Shown: positions 13,213 through 27,225, counted from the first letter of the whole stretch. The stretch: DNA of 63,983 nucleotides, filler included, from Pelomyxa schiedti (GCA_020536535.1; 7 parts of 7 records of this genome joined end to end with filler, not necessarily neighbours in it), one strand, 5' to 3'. The notes: generated from the sequence alone by a model not told the origin. Translations and numbers: made by a program.

Positions 13213-14348
13213 ATGACGAGAAGCGTGTTGGCGGTTTGTTGTGTGGTCGGGGTACTCGTGTATTGTTCAAGTGCACAAGTGGTTCTGGATATGGGAGAGG
13301 CCTATTCGGCCTTGTATTACGCTATGTCGACGTTTTGCACCGACGCTTCCGTGGTTTGGCTACGAGACAAATAGTTCAAAGTCTTACTGGTTTGAGTGCA
13401 GGAATCATGGAATTGCTCCGCGTGTATGGAAAACCCCAGCTTTGTGTTTGATACTTTTGTGCGGGACACTGCCACCGGAACGGACGGTATTGTTGGATAC
13501 GATGCCCAAAATGGTGAAAAAGCATTTCCTCTCAATGCTCTTGTCTTAGTGGTACCTTAGAAACGGTTATTGTGGCGTTTCGAGGCACAGACAACATTAG
13601 AAACGACATTATTGATGCGGACATCTTGATGAACTACGACTACGAAGATATGGAAAATGCAGGAGTCCACGCAGGGTTTTATGCGGGCTGGTTGGTAGCT
13701 GTGGACTAGCAATTTCCGTCACCGTAACTCCGCTTTTAGGGATTGAAGGACCAGGTTGTCCATGAAGTAAATGGACTACTTTCCAATCACACGGTATGCA
13801 AGAAAGGTGCCTAAAAACAGCTAACTTTCGCCGGGTTGTTAGTTGTAACTTGTAATTTCTAGTTTTAATTACTGGTCATTCGCTTGGAGCCGCTATTTCT
13901 GGGTTTGCAACAGTGCATCTCCGAAATCTACTCTCTGCTGACATTGAAGTATTACTACCATAGTTACCAATTAGCAGTATTAACGGCAATTACCTTCAAA
14001 AAGGTAGTCATGAAAAATTTCGGCATGCCGAGGATTGGTGATTCTGACTTCGCATTTCAATTCACAACACTTCTGCCAACATCATGGAGGATGGTTCACA
14101 TGCACGATATTGTACCCCACGAACCACTGCACGTTAGATTCCATCACGTTCCCACAGAAATTTGGGAGTACGATGTCGGTCAATACAAGGTACCATCTCT
14201 GCTTCCAAATGTTAACTAACTCTTCCAGATTTGTGACTTGACTGGAGAGGATCCCACTTGCTCGGACTCTGTACCTCCACTTGAATGGAGCAATGCAGAC
14301 CACATGGTGTACATGGATGTACCTGTTGCCTGCGATCCAGATAATTGA
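13213..14348 (+). CDS. Secreted class-3 lipase
   Basis: Signal-peptide-like MTRSVLAVCCVVGVLVYCSSA; IVAFRGT; VHAGFY; nucleophile elbow ITGHSLGAA; FGMPRIGD; HDIVPH; DHMVY. Stop at 14346-14348. Confidence 0.9.
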
Positions 14349-14413
14349 AAAAGTTTTGCACATTTTTCTCCCATGACATTCAAAGTTTGTTTTACTTCCA
14401 CAAACATTAATCA

Positions 14414-17400
14414 CTACATTGCCAAGAGAGCTTGTGCAGCAGCCTCGAGTGCACTAGATGATCCACCGATCTGTTTTTCAATCCACTTGGTGGCTTTGTT
14501 CACAATGAGGTTCCATTCCAACTAGAGCAATACATGTGGTTAGTTATGTACATTATATATGTATGTGTGGGTGCTTTGAATCAAGGACTCTCACCTTCTT
14601 ATCTGGGAACTTTGATTTGATGTAGCAGCATATCACCATTGTTATCCATACCACAACCGGTTCTGGTTTACCACTGAGGATTGAAGGAAGAGCAGCGGTG
14701 ACAGCCGGAAGCTTCAGTGGTTCACACAGTCTCTGTGGGAATATGTGAGCCTGAGAAAGTGAAACAGGAAGGGAATACCAATGTGGTGTCTGGCCAGGAT
14801 CCATTGGCCTTTTGCTCCATCAGTATCTCTGGTAACTTTGAAGGAGCAGATTTTGGTGTTGGTGCAGCCGAAACAGAGCTTGTGGAACTGGAACTGGATG
14901 CTCTTGGCTTTGCCATTGCCTTGGCTGATGGAGGTGCAGGAGGGGCACCACCTTTCTCGGAGCACTCGTGAGATTCTGCCTCCAGTTCATCTTCACTCTC
15001 TGACTCCTCATCCTCATCCTCATCCTCTTCTTCCTCTTTTTCTTCATAGCTATCATAGGCAGCAGTAGGGGCTCTTGCCAACTTCAGCATCAACGAAGAC
15101 GAGGCGCTCTGTGGTGGAGGGGGTGGTGGAGGTCCGCCAGAACCGGAAGGTCCAGAAGATGAAAAACATCGGGGCATCATAGCTGCTGGAGGAGGAGGAG
15201 GAGGAGCGGCCCTGTTGCGTGCGCTCCTCGCTGAAACCTCTAACTTTTTCATTTTCTTGCACTTGAGTGAAGCTGTCTGCCTAGAAGATGTGGAAGATGT
15301 GGAAGATGTGGAAGATGGGCATGGGAGGAAACCGCCGCCACGGCCGCGGCCACTACGGCCACCACCTCGACCAACAGATTGAGGGTTCTTGCTGGGAACT
15401 GTAGTAGAAATTACAATCATGCTGGAAAGAAGTGCGTGATAAAAGTACCTGGTCGAATTTTCATTTCTCTAAGCTGCATGGTACCTTCTGTGGCGTCTGC
15501 TCGTTTGTCTACGGCTATGAATGCCGTATATTTGCACAAAATTTGACATCTAGTAATGCAGATGAGTTCTCGTGTTTGTATAAGGGTGGAACCCAGTACT
15601 TGAGAGAAATTGACAGCTCTTCAGCCCGGATTTCTTGTTCAGTTGGTTTTCTTCCTCCAGAGTGGAGGGAACTGGTTCCTGACTCCACCTCCCTATGTGA
15701 TAAGTTGACTTTCATCCATTTTCTTTGAGTAACATGCAAATACATTAATAAACTCTTAGCTGCGAGTTTGAATATTTGAGTTCCTGGAGTTATCTCATTG
15801 GGGTTCACTAATAATTTGCTTGTGACTGGCCCACTTGACCTCACTGCTTTGAGTACAACGGGGAATGGGGCACTCAATCCCTACAAAGTTGATGAGGTTC
15901 CAGGTAGAGAGATGAAGGCATGCGCACTGATGGAAGGAAGCCGTAGACCACCAATGAGGATCCACCAAAAAGTGGTTTGAAACTGAACGGGGTTTGCTTC
16001 AAGCCTGTGATACTCCCCCAGCCTAGTGTAACCTGGAAAGACAATAAGTTTGAAGAAAAAGGGACGAAAGTCTTGCATTGGTGAGAGCTGGCTGAAGAGC
16101 TATGTTCAGTAGTCTTAGGACCTTCTGGTTCATAGATTCCGTATCTTGGATAAGCTCACATTCACCATTTCCTGCCTTTGCAAGACCACGTACAAGATCT
16201 CTATCCACATCTCTTCCGATCCCATACGTGAAAACTCGCGTGTTGTTGGCGTTGCTCCTCACAGTGGAAATGCAGACTTCAGTGTTTGATACTTGATTTC
16301 CTGTTAAGCACAGAAGATGATGGTGGCAACACACTTTGCCCGTCAGTGAGTAAAAATACTTGCCGTGGAACCCCAGGTCTCGGCTTTTTGGCAAAGATGC
16401 TCTTCAATGGCTAGAGTGATTTCGTTAGATTTAAATGACAAACGGATAGGAAAAACGGCATACTTCCAGAATCTGTCATTGTTTAAAAAGAGAAATTGGG
16501 AGTAAGTTCAGTGAAAGTTGCAATATTATAATGTTGCTAGCCTCACATTCGTTCCTCCAAGATTGGCAGCCATTTTTGCCACATACTTGGATGCTGTATC
16601 AAGAGACTTTTCATTGTAAATAGCACTTTCTTTGGGAAATAGAGTCATAAAGCTAGACCCAAATCCTGAGTAGAATTAGAAAGGAAAAATTAAGAAAAAC
16701 ATACCAATGATGTTGAAGTATGTTCCTTCAGGAAGAGACCTCAAAAAGATCTGCAGAGTTTCTTTCACTGGAAACTGTGTCAGAGATGTGTTTTTTTTTT
16801 GTTGTTGTTATTACAACCTTGCTGAATTGGCTCTCCATCCATACTGCCAGATCTAGAGAAAACAGTTAAAGAAATAGAATAGAGACAGGGATATTGCCTA
16901 TCAACAACAAATATGCATTCGGAAATTACATCTCCATCAAGTTTGGGGTAAAAACTTAACATTGCCACTTTGCTTCCATCTTCCTTTTGTTGAACTCGTG
17001 AGGTGATTCTGAGGTCCGTTTTTTTAGTCTAGATGGAATCATAGAGTACAAGGCATACTCATTAGAAGGCGCAAGTTGAATGAGCAACTCGAAATCTTTT
17101 CCAGAGGCAAAAGTAGCTTCTGTGAGAGCAGCCATAGCTTTTGATGGCTTGTCTCCATTTTCAACAACAATGGGGTGGGTATGGCACACCACTGATGTGA
17201 TTGGGCTGCTCATATCTTCACCGTAGGGTAAACAAAATTCAATTTATATTAGGGGGCCAAAAAAAAAAAAAAAAAAAAAGAAGAAAGAAGAAGAAAAAGA
17301 AATACCCAGTGAGGCTCTTATAGAAACCCCCGATTCACCAACTTCTTTGAGGTATATGGTACTTACTGATGGGTTCGAGAGTTGCAGAGGGACGTTTGTT

Positions 17401-18324
17401 GGACCACCAGGAAGGCTGAATCGCAGCTGTGAAAGCCTATATTAGAGGTACCGATGTAGAAACTGAGGAATCATACAGAGCCATCAGGAAGGGTGTTAAT
17501 GGTGCACACATATGATACACTTATGAGTGTTTCTTTCATGGGAGGAAGATTTCCAATGCTCACTGTGAACAGATTTGGTTTCACTGTATTTGGTCAACAC
17601 ATCCACGAAAAACAGATTGACTGACACACCTTCACTCTCTTCCACAAGGAATGCCCCGCCACCCGATGCAATGCTGTCATCATATGTGTCCTGAGAGGTG
17701 TGGTGAGGGTTGTAGGGCATAACAAGTTCATGGCAAACCTTGGCTTTTTGTTTTTCCTGAACAACACCAGTTATCTTTTTTCCTTCAATATCTTTTTGTA
17801 AAGTGTTTTAAGATTGCTTCCTATGTTATTGGCATCACAAATGATGGATAGTACCTGCAACAAATCCGCTGACAGATACATTATCTTCCAGAACAAATTC
17901 GTACACAACTTCCAGTGGCTCAGTTTCTCTGTTCTCAAACCGCTATCATCCAATGGAGTAAGAACAAACCCAAAATTACATTTTTTCAGGGGCAAGTGTT
18001 TTTCACCTGGTGCAGAGTAACTTCAGCGCAGAAGTCAATTACATTAATATCGAATCGAACGCCCGTCAGTGGCACATCCAAGTGCACCGGGGGTGGAGTC
18101 ACAGGGCTATCAAGTCCATCATCTGGGTAGTCCTCCACTAAATAGAGTGATGAACACATTCATCAATATCTATGTTCTATCTAAGAACACTCACCATCGG
18201 GCTCCACGTCGATTTCCAAAGTAGGCGGGGCAACAGAAAGGGGAGGGGGCGGCGGCGCCGAGGAGGCACTGCGAGTGGTGCTCGTTGGCCTACGCTTGCA
18301 ATACAAGTGTCCTACGCGGCACAT
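14414..18324 (-). CDS. VIT + vWA domain protein (VWA5A-like), multi-exon
   Basis: VIT: VPLTGVRFDINVIDFCAEVTLHQ|RFEN..PLEVVYEF..YDDSIASGGGAFLVEE. vWA: ECIFVVDRSGSMDG, FNIIGFGS, GGT, FTYGIG, LAKAGNG. C-terminal WNLIVNKATKWIE after a Pro-rich/acidic linker. Confidence 0.9.
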
Positions 18325-18412
18325 GGTAGTTCGAGTTAAAAGACGTTGAGAACTGTTCTCAAAACAACAAAAAAAAACCGTTATTCGTCCTCGAGAATTA
18401 CTGATAGACCCA

Positions 18413-19294
18413 ATGGAGAGTCGTTGGCAAACGATTTCCAGTTCTCAACCAACACACCAAAGATGTCCACCAAAGCATCAGCAGGACGTGTGTGTACACA
18501 CGTCGACCAGAGTGAGTGCCCAGAGCCAGGCCCTCGCCCTCTCCCTCGCGTCGTCACCTCCTCCTCCTCGCGCGCGCGTAGCGGTCTGCTTCGATAACGC
18601 CAAGACAGCAAGCACGCCCGGCTCCGGGGAGTACAACCTGGCCGTGGTTGGGCTGATATCCCCGACGCTGGGAGTCATCGAGCCCCTGTGGGCCACATAT
18701 GCGAGGTGACCGTGGTGACGGACGTGCTGACTGGGGAGGTCAGGAACAAGGTGAAGCACACCGCGAGCGGCGCGGAGATCGGGAGGACTGTGCCATGTGA
18801 ATGGCAGGTGGATGGAGGACTGGGTGGAGATTAGTGGGGGGACCAGGGAGGTGGTGGTACGGAAGCTGGATGGAACCACCGATGTGGGATTGCGGCTCAT
18901 TTTCTCGGGGAGAGGCCATGTCATGTGGGTGAAGCTGATGACTGAAGTAGAAGTTGGAACAGGAGTAGAAGCAGGAGGAGGAAGAGTAGGAGCGAGTGGA
19001 AAGAAGAAAGAAGATGAGCTTGTGGTATTGCTGGACACTTTTTATCCTCTGACAGACGTTGAAGAGAGGGCCATTGCTGTTGTTGATTTGGAGGAAAGTT
19101 GGAAAGCGAGCACGGCAACCTGCTGGGGTTCGCTTTTAGCAGTGGTCGTAAGATCCTACTCAGTTCCTGTGAAGTCTCATTACACCTCTCCGACTCGGGC
19201 AATCCCAATCCCAGGACAATATGATTTCCTGGTGCAACTTGAACTGACGGATCCTCCTTCCATCTTCAGTGTCAAATCCGGTCGTGAGGTATAA
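18413..19294 (+). pseudogene. Frameshifted member of a lineage-specific intronless protein family (related to 54822-55994)
   Basis: SAQSQALALSLAS resembles ARRQVVALAVAS; LISPTLGV resembles FQISPLTLGV; NGRWM resembles NMTWV. The reading frame changes twice, around 18700-18800. Confidence 0.5.
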
Positions 19295-19305
19295 ACATTC
19301 CTGGG

Positions 19306-22300
19306 TCATGCAATGCTTTTGATATCGGGTGTGGCCTGTTTGGTGTGGTGCACTCGCCCACACCGCCAGGTGCACCTCAACAAGAAAAAGTCATCAGTGT
19401 CTTTAATGGCAACAAAGGGGAGGCACTGGCACCCAATCAATGTAGTCACCACGTTGGGAGATTTTGCCAACCAGCACCTCTTTGCAAGTGGTGGGGTAAT
19501 CTGCTTGTTCAACAACAACCGCCCCGCAGCCACTATTGTTGCACCAGAAACTTCCACAGTTCTTTTCTCTGTGCACACAGAGTAACCGCAAATTCTTTTC
19601 TTTTTGAAAAGCTAACACAATAACAAAATTTGTGTTGGCTCTTTGTGCACAGCACGCAGCCACTGTCTCCCCCCATTGAATCACAAAAAATTTACTTATT
19701 TCCAGGAAGGCAATTAAGCCTCAGACACAAAGTGGGAAGTCGATGTCGTAGTCCATGGGTACTGGAAATCAGCCTCTTACCACGGTCAGAGTGCGTCGGT
19801 TGTTTGCAGGGCTGCAGTGGTGATGCAGACTCTCTTAGCAGCAGGCTGCTCTTGGTTTGGGGAGGTGCTGTTTGTGTCCGATGTTACTATTGGTGGTCTT
19901 TTCCTGTTAAGCTCAGGGAGGTGCCTTTCAGCCAGAGCGTCTAAAACGGCAACAGCTGTGCATGTATCCCGACATCCCCTAAGTTCTCCAGCCACGTCAT
20001 GCTGCGGTTTCAGTAACGCCAAAATCATTCTCTGGTGAGTGTTGCATGGTGGTAGGCCCAGGTGGCAATATACACCATCTTTCTGCAAAGCAGGTTAGCC
20101 ATCAAGGCCAGAAATGGTGCAAACTACTCACAATTTTATCGAGTTCTCGCTCCTTGGCCTTTTGCAGCAGGAGATTTGCCCCCTCGGGAGATATGATAGA
20201 GCAAGTCAGGACTGCTTCAAGGCTGCTATCTCCCTCAACAAGTGGACGCAGAAGGCTCAGTTCCGCCTGATGTTCAGGGCAGAGCATATGCAGAAGGGTG
20301 TCAAATTTGTTCACTGTGCAAGGTAAATAAGCCGATAAGAAACGGGAAATTGGCGAAAAATACAGGTTCCTTGCACTTCTTCAGGCCACTTCATGAGGCA
20401 GTTGACCTTTTCAAGTGGACGTGGTGACGGCAAACAAGCTGCTGTTGAGAGCTGATCGGCGGTAAGAAGGACATAGCGACGAAAATATCCTGTGGCAAAG
20501 ATTCCGTTGTTAACCTGGTTTTGTATCAGGAGACTAGAAGCGTTGCATGATATTCCATACATTTGTTGGTAGATTTTCGTTCTGCAGTCCAGATGGATTA
20601 AGGAACTTTCGGATGTCTGGATCCTTCCGGTCAAGGTGGGAAGTGGTTATGAATATGAAAATTCCTGGACACAAACTTGGCTGTGACACAAGGGGAGAAA
20701 AAAAGATACCTGCTTTATCCACCTTTCTCTCAGTGCAAATCTGCCAGAACTTTAGGCATTTTTTTTTTAATTTTGTGGGATCCCTGTATGTAGTGGCTTG
20801 AAAGTCGGCTGTGAGTGATGTTAGAACAAATTAAAGTTTACAGATTATCAGTACCAACAAGATACTCAGGTTTCGTCTCAATGCCATCTAGAAGAAGGCC
20901 TAAGTTCAACACAAATTCAAGCAATGAGACACACCTATCCTTTTGACAACTACCCTGAGGTCGACTTGGACTGTGTTGGCACTCTCGTGGACACTAATGC
21001 CTACGACACGGTGTTCCTTCAGGATCTCAAGACTTGCCTTCTCGATATCGTCAAACGCAAAAAAAACTACCTTCTGCAGATCTGATGCTTTGATGTTAGA
21101 AACTTTTAAAGCAGGGGAAATACTTTCAAGAATTGCATAGCCTGTTTCCCGCAGAGTAGTCTCACCAAGGCCTGAGCTCCCACAAACAACTTCATCAAAC
21201 AAGGTCTTCTCAAGCAGATAGCCACCAGCTCCTGGACGCATGCGGCATAACAATGACCAAGCAGGGGGCATCAACTTATTGATATGGGTTTCTCGGATAT
21301 ATCCCATTACCCACGTAGGTGGAAGCACTACTCTCAACCCCTCAGGTACAGGAATGAATTGCATCCACTTTCCCAATTCAGAGCTGCATTTGTTGGTCTC
21401 AGCATAACCTGAAGTGCCATTAGCACGCAAACATAGCTCAAATACAGCAACCTGGCTCATTTGAACCAATTGTCACTGCAGATATAGTCCCAAAGTCAGT
21501 CCACTCGAGATTTTTTCGACTGGTCTTAAATACCCATGATAAGCAAGAGAGTACAGCTTCCACAGGGATTTGGGACCTGTGTAGATTGGAATCAAAAAGG
21601 GAATTCACGTTTTTTTTGGTTGGGTGCTACCTTTTAGCATTTTTCTCCCATGTTTTTGTGATGCAGTCTTCTAGTGGGATGGTAGGATCAGAAAATGCAC
21701 TGAGAAACAAAAGGTAAGAAAGGAGGAGGAGAAGAAATGGGTACGTTTCTATGAAGTCGGAAAGAACAACGCAATCCCCACTGAGCTTAACTGCAGTCTA
21801 TCAAAGGCACCAGTTAAGACAAAATTTGAAGAAGCCATCTTATAACCTCTTCAAGTTTTCGAATTCCTTGGTTTGACTTGAATCCAAAAAAAGGAGACTG
21901 GCTGAAGAAATAATTCAACGTTTGTTGGATAGTGGCATACTCCAAGGTTGTGGACTAGTAGTTCTCAATAAAGTAACAAGAAATGAAAACGGGCAAACCA
22001 AGCAGGTAAGGAAAGTTTCAGGTGGCAAACTACTCCTGTGGATCAGGCTGGGGTCTGGCCCTGTCAATATTACATGTGTCCCAGGAGATCTAGCGTTCAA
22101 GTGTCTATATTTACAGGTTAGTTGATGTAATCGCCAACAACAATGCCAACACATACTGTAAGATGGCCATAGTATCGGATTCAGAGGTTGCCTCATTTTT
22201 GGTGAGTAAGAGAATGCATATATTGTGGAACAGCTTAGTACGGAGCAATCAACAATGAGAAGAAACTTTTCACCTTGAGTGTTCTCTTTAATACGGCTTA

Positions 22301-23814
22301 CTGTAAGATTTTTCAGCAAATAGTAATCGACGAGAACATCTGAAACATACTCAGGGAGGTAACTTGGGAAAGGGTAGTTTGACGAAAGCTGTAGCCCAGC
22401 TGCATAGCCATTTCACGAACAATAAGTGGATAGGGTCCCTGGCCCCAGACACAAGGTATTACCATAGAGTTGGAATGCAAGATTTTCAGGACTTGATCCC
22501 AGTCACTTGGAACCCAACACGTTGCAGTCTTTAATGAACTGAGGCCTGTCTTTGGCTTGCGGATGAACACACCGTCAGCAACGATTTCAGAATTGTTCCA
22601 AGGGGGATTGAAGCACCCAGGACGGAACCGGCGTGTCTCCGACTGAGAATCGGCACTGTAATTGATATCCACGTCATCAGTTACTTGTTCCGGCTCTGCC
22701 GTGCTGTCACTGCCGGAGTCCGTACCTAAATTGAGCTGAGGATTGATATGCTGTGAGTCCGCATGCTCTTGAGACTGCACGTAGGCAGCCTGGCTGGAGG
22801 CTGCAGGGGTAGTGAAACCCGCAACTCCGCGTTCATTGTTGTGTGGTGTAGACGAGGGCGACGCAGATATCACCGCGTCGTTGTTGTAGGTACCACTCGG
22901 AGCTGAGGTGCCAAGTTGGTCAACAATGGTCAAGAGTGTATTGCTCTGGTAGTCTTCGAGGTCCGCCACATCAGCAGTATCGTCGATGTCCACTTCAGGG
23001 AGAGTGGGACGGCCAGCATCAGGCGGGACGGCTGGAACAGCTGTAAAATGGGACTGGGCAGGCAGATAATTATCAGTATTGCTCTTTAACTTACAATTTT
23101 TTAGTTATGTGCCCATAACCAGTGAACCTGTAAGACCAGAGCAAGGGCCAGTAATGCGCGCGCAAGACGGTCCTTTATACTACTTCTATAGTGTGAACGA
23201 GCCTGTCCAAATAGGCTCCTCCCCAGCTCCTGCCCTTTGGTCGCAAAATATTCCCAGAGCTCACGCGCCATCTCATCTGCTGTGCTGTGGGTCTGTTTCA
23301 CGGCGTGGGAAGCCCTGGTGGCCTCCTGGGCGCAACGTTTCTGCCACGAGTCTCTAGCATTATATGATTCGTAGTTCTCTGGGACGTTGTCGACGAGGTT
23401 TTGAGCGAAATCGCGCATGTACGGGAACCATGACGGGTTGTTGATGAAGAATTTGTCCCCCGTTTTCTCTATGTCTAGATGATTGCTGAGTAACCGCAAG
23501 AAAAGCGCCACGAGGCTACTGTTGGTGGCGAGCGGTCCATCGCCCTCCGTTTTTGTGCGACCCATGGAGGTAATATCAGGTTGTTGGATGGGACAAATGC
23601 GCGGTTGTTTGACGACGATGGAGAACAACGCGTCCAACAACGCGTTGTGAGAAAAGGAGTTTTTGCGTATGAAAAGTGAAAAGTTTTGTTTTCGACACGA
23701 AAAGAACGAACAAACCTTGGAATCACTGAAGAGCCATAAAGCAAAGAGCTGCAGGTGATTACGTAAGGATACCGCAAGAAACAAACACGTGAGATCAATA
23801 AAGAAACAGGTCAA
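19306..23814 (-). CDS. Large hypothetical multi-exon gene, possibly a pseudogene
   Basis: Chain of long minus-strand ORFs (237, 226, 134, 187 aa and others). An in-frame GT-AG join links ~23130 to ~23055, and there is an apparent frameshift at ~22315. No confident family assignment. Confidence 0.45.
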
Positions 23815-23816
23815 AC

Positions 23817-26575
23817 TGTAGAAAGACTACGTGTCAAAGCGATGCGTAAAGTAACAAAGGTTTTCTTCTCGATCTAAACTCATTATTGGGAGGTTAACAT
23901 TGAGGGAGTGTGGTGTTTCGTGACGTCCGAGCGACTGCCTAATAGAACTATAAGTCTAATCTATCGCCAAGTTGGTATCTTCCAGGTTGGGTGCCTCCGG
24001 CTTGGCCCAGTACCCTTTTCTATCCAGCTTACACATTCCCAACCCTCCCCGTATGTGAGGCAGTGTTAAGGCCTGGAGTGGGCTCGCGCTTCCCTTTTGG
24101 CGCCTTGTACTCCCTCAAGAGCGCATCGTGTCCGGCGCCATCGTCCTCGTACTTCCGCGAGCCATGCGAGTCGTCGATCCCCTTCCATTTGATTAGAAAT
24201 TGCCTGCCTCTCCTTCCACCTCTCGTCCTTGATTGCCTCTGTCACCTGCTTGGTATCACCGCGGGTTGGTATAGTTGTCTCCTGCCTGTGCCCCATGCGG
24301 TTGTGTTGTTGCGTGCCGGGGTTTCGTACACAGTTTCATCCCCTTTACCTTTCCCCAGCATGCCCGACCTTGGGGCCTGGTCCATCTCCTCTGCACTCGA
24401 ATCGTCGTCATCTTCCTCTTCCGACAGCTGAGAGGCCGCCGCGGTTCGTATACTGTCCTGAGGTTGCACATGTGTCTGTGATGGGTTATGTATCCTGAAA
24501 TCCTGCTTAGCCTGGCACATACAGGTGTGCTCGTGCCTTCCTCCTGTTCCCTGGGTCAGGCAGTACCATGGTAGGATGTCCTCCTCCTAATGTTGGCATC
24601 CCCCGGCTCCTGGCCTGCCGTTCCTCTCTGACTTCGCGGGTGCTTAACTCTGCCTTAGCTCCATGTGTCATCCGGTCTGCCTTTTCTTTCTACTGGTGAC
24701 GTGCATATCTCCCTCCGTAGGGTTGCAGTAGTCCCTCTCGTAGGGGCTGTGTATGTACCTGGCGTACTGTGCGTGTCTCCCTTTCGTAGGGGTGCGAGAC
24801 TCCCTCTCTTAGGGGTCATATGGCCCTCGTTTCAGGCCTCTTTTACCTTGGGCTTCCAGTCAGAGAGCAATGGGTTGTATTCCAACCCGGCTCTTACACC
24901 TGACAGTTCAGGCACCCACGTTATGCCTTGTGTGTCGGCTACCAATACCTGGTTCCCCTTGGCCGCTCCCTCCTGCAACCCCTTTTTCTCCTCCATTTTC
25001 CTCTCCAGGGCTACTAGTCGTTGTTCTGCATCCATTCGCGTGGCCCTTGAGACCTCGACCCATCCCCTTCCAGTCCTGTGTTTGCTTCTACAGTTGGATA
25101 ACTCCTCTTCGCTAGTGCTTGTGTTATTGCTGTCGGAGTCGCCACGCCCGCTCTCTCTGTTCCCTCACAGCCCCTTGACTATGGGTCTTCTCCCCTTGGT
25201 GGTACCCCTCCTTTCTCTTCCTCCGCCCCTCCCTACTACTGCTGCTGCTGCTGCTACCACTCTCTCTCCTGTCTGTCCTTCCCCTTCCCTTGTATGTAAG
25301 CCCATTGTTTCCCGTACCCGTCCGTCGTCTCTTAGTCTTCTGACGGTTTCCCCCTCAATGTGTTCTCGGCTTTCTTCATACTCGCTACTGGCTGAAGTTT
25401 CGTCGCTCTCCCCTCTCACCATAAAGGCCTTTGCTTCTTGTCGTCGCCACCTAGCTTCCCTGGTAATTGCAATTGCTTCCTCTTCCCGCCTTGCATATTC
25501 TATGAGCTGTCCTATTGTTGGTATGCTCGGTAGTTGTTGTGCATGGCCTCCTGTATCTTCTCGACTAGGGCTGCTCCTCCCAGATCAGGTTGGCATACCT
25601 CCACTTCTGCGTCATCTTCTGTTTAAACGTAACTGCCGCTTCCTCCTCAAGCTGTGTCATCTTGCCCACCTTCCTACGGAAACGTTGCATATCGGCCTCC
25701 CCCACAAACTTGGCCTTGTGAGCGTCAATGAGCGACACCAGCGTATTCTCTCTGCCTGTTGCCCAAGAGGCTGATACACCAGTAATGGCCGCCCGGAACG
25801 CTCTAACAGCTTCGTCATCTGTCATCAGCTAGGTGCCAACTATGTCACAGAAGCTTTCCAGCCATTCCAGGATCACGTCTGGGTATTCTTTTCCTGCATC
25901 AAGGGCCTTCAGAACAGGTTCCTTCACGATCTTGGGTGCCTTGTATGTGCCGCTGGTCTTGTGCCTGTTGCTCCCTATACTCCCCTCCATTTGACTCGTC
26001 GTTACCAGTCGTGGCCCCTTCCCCTTCCAGAACGCCTGCGTTATCGTGTTGCCACCATGGATATCCCTCCAGCTCGTTCAACTGCTTTTCGAACGACTAT
26101 ACCGCGGGTATAGACCTTCGCTCTGTGGCGCGCCGATCGCCCATTCCCATCGTCGGTGTTTTCGTTCCTCCCTCCTTGCGCTTGTTGGGTATTGCTCCCT
26201 CTAGGGACGGTTTGATGGGCGTTGTTTCCCGCACTTCGTCCGTCGACACCACCCCCTCATTTTGCATCTTTTTGTTCCGTCGTAAGTAGCCGCCACCATC
26301 GCTTGTGGTTTTTATGGGTGCACTACGGTTATTTGTCATGGGAGCAAAACTTTAACCTCCACCACGTGCATAAAGACCACGTGTCGAAGCGATGCTTAAA
26401 GTAACAAAGGGCCCATTATTCGGAGGATAACATTGAGGTAGGACGAGCTCATTGAGGTTTCGTGACGTCCTAGCGACTGCCTAATAGAACAACAAGTCTA
26501 ATCTATCGCCAGGTTGGTGTCGGCCAGGTTGGGTGCCTCCTACTTGGCCCAGTACCCGTTTCTATCCAGCTCACA
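23817..26575 (-). mobile_element. Non-autonomous LTR retroelement with decayed gag only
   Basis: Direct repeats 23817-24033 and 26367-26575 with TG..CA ends. PBS TGGTGGAGG (26356-26364) lies 2 nt inside the 5' LTR. PPT GGGGAGGGTTGGGAATG abuts the 3' LTR. Interrupted gag-like frames. No RT/IN motifs seen and no TSD. Confidence 0.85.
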
Positions 26576-26774
26576 CCGGCCACTACAAACACCCCAGTAC
26601 CATACACAGTGTAATTGTGAGTGGTGCAACAACAAACCACAAAAAAAAAACTAAGTGATACAAAAGCCCAAGTATGGGAAACTACACATGAGAACCCAAG
26701 ATTTTTTTGGTTGCTCATTGAGGAACTTTTTACATATCAAAAAACAAATCTAATGGTGCCACTGGCACTGGTTT

Positions 26775-26874
26775 NNNNNNNNNNNNNNNNNNNNNNNNNN
26801 NNNNNNNNNNNNNNNNNNTTAATTAATTAANNNNNNNNNNNNNNNNNNNNNNNNNNNNNNNNNNNNNNNNNNNN
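26775..26874. other. Assembly linker N44-TTAATTAATTAA-N44 (also 33868-33967, 50686-50785, 53979-54078, 60592-60691, 62790-62889)
   Basis: Identical 100-bp structure six times. The 12-mer puts TAA in all six frames. Confidence 0.95.
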
Positions 26875-27225
26875 GGGGATCTGGGGCTCCAGCGGGGGCT
26901 TGGTGGGGAGCATGCGGCGGTAGGCAGCCCGCTGGCGCTCCAGCAGGTCCTTCTCGTAGGGCGAGGGGTAGAACGACTTGGTCCGGCCGAACGGCATCTT
27001 GGGCGGGGGCGGGGGGCTGACCGCGGCCTCTCCCTCTTCCTCCACGTCGGCCGCCCCCGCCGCAGGCTCCTCCTCCGCCACCTCGTCCTCCTCGCTATCC
27101 AATTCGGGGTTCGCCTCGTTGCCGCTGTCTTCGCCTGTTCCTTCGTTGTGCTGTTGGGGCATGCGCTCACGAGCTTCGCCACGGTAGCCGTCTGTTTGCT
27201 TCGATGTCGACTGCCACAGTCCCAT
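26875..27225 (-). CDS. Hypothetical acidic/Pro-rich protein, truncated by gap
   Basis: GC-rich ORF MGLWQSTSKQ...PPPPPKMPFGRTKSFYPSP runs into the N linker. Confidence 0.4.

Noticed and set aside
24665-25774. 369-aa plus-strand ORF
   Set aside because: Antisense shadow of the purine-rich decayed gag, with Ser/Leu/Pro-biased composition and no motif.
26819-26830. Recurrent palindrome TTAATTAATTAA (six copies)
   Set aside because: Always centred in N44..N44. It is an artificial all-frame-stop linker, so adjacency across these points is unproven.
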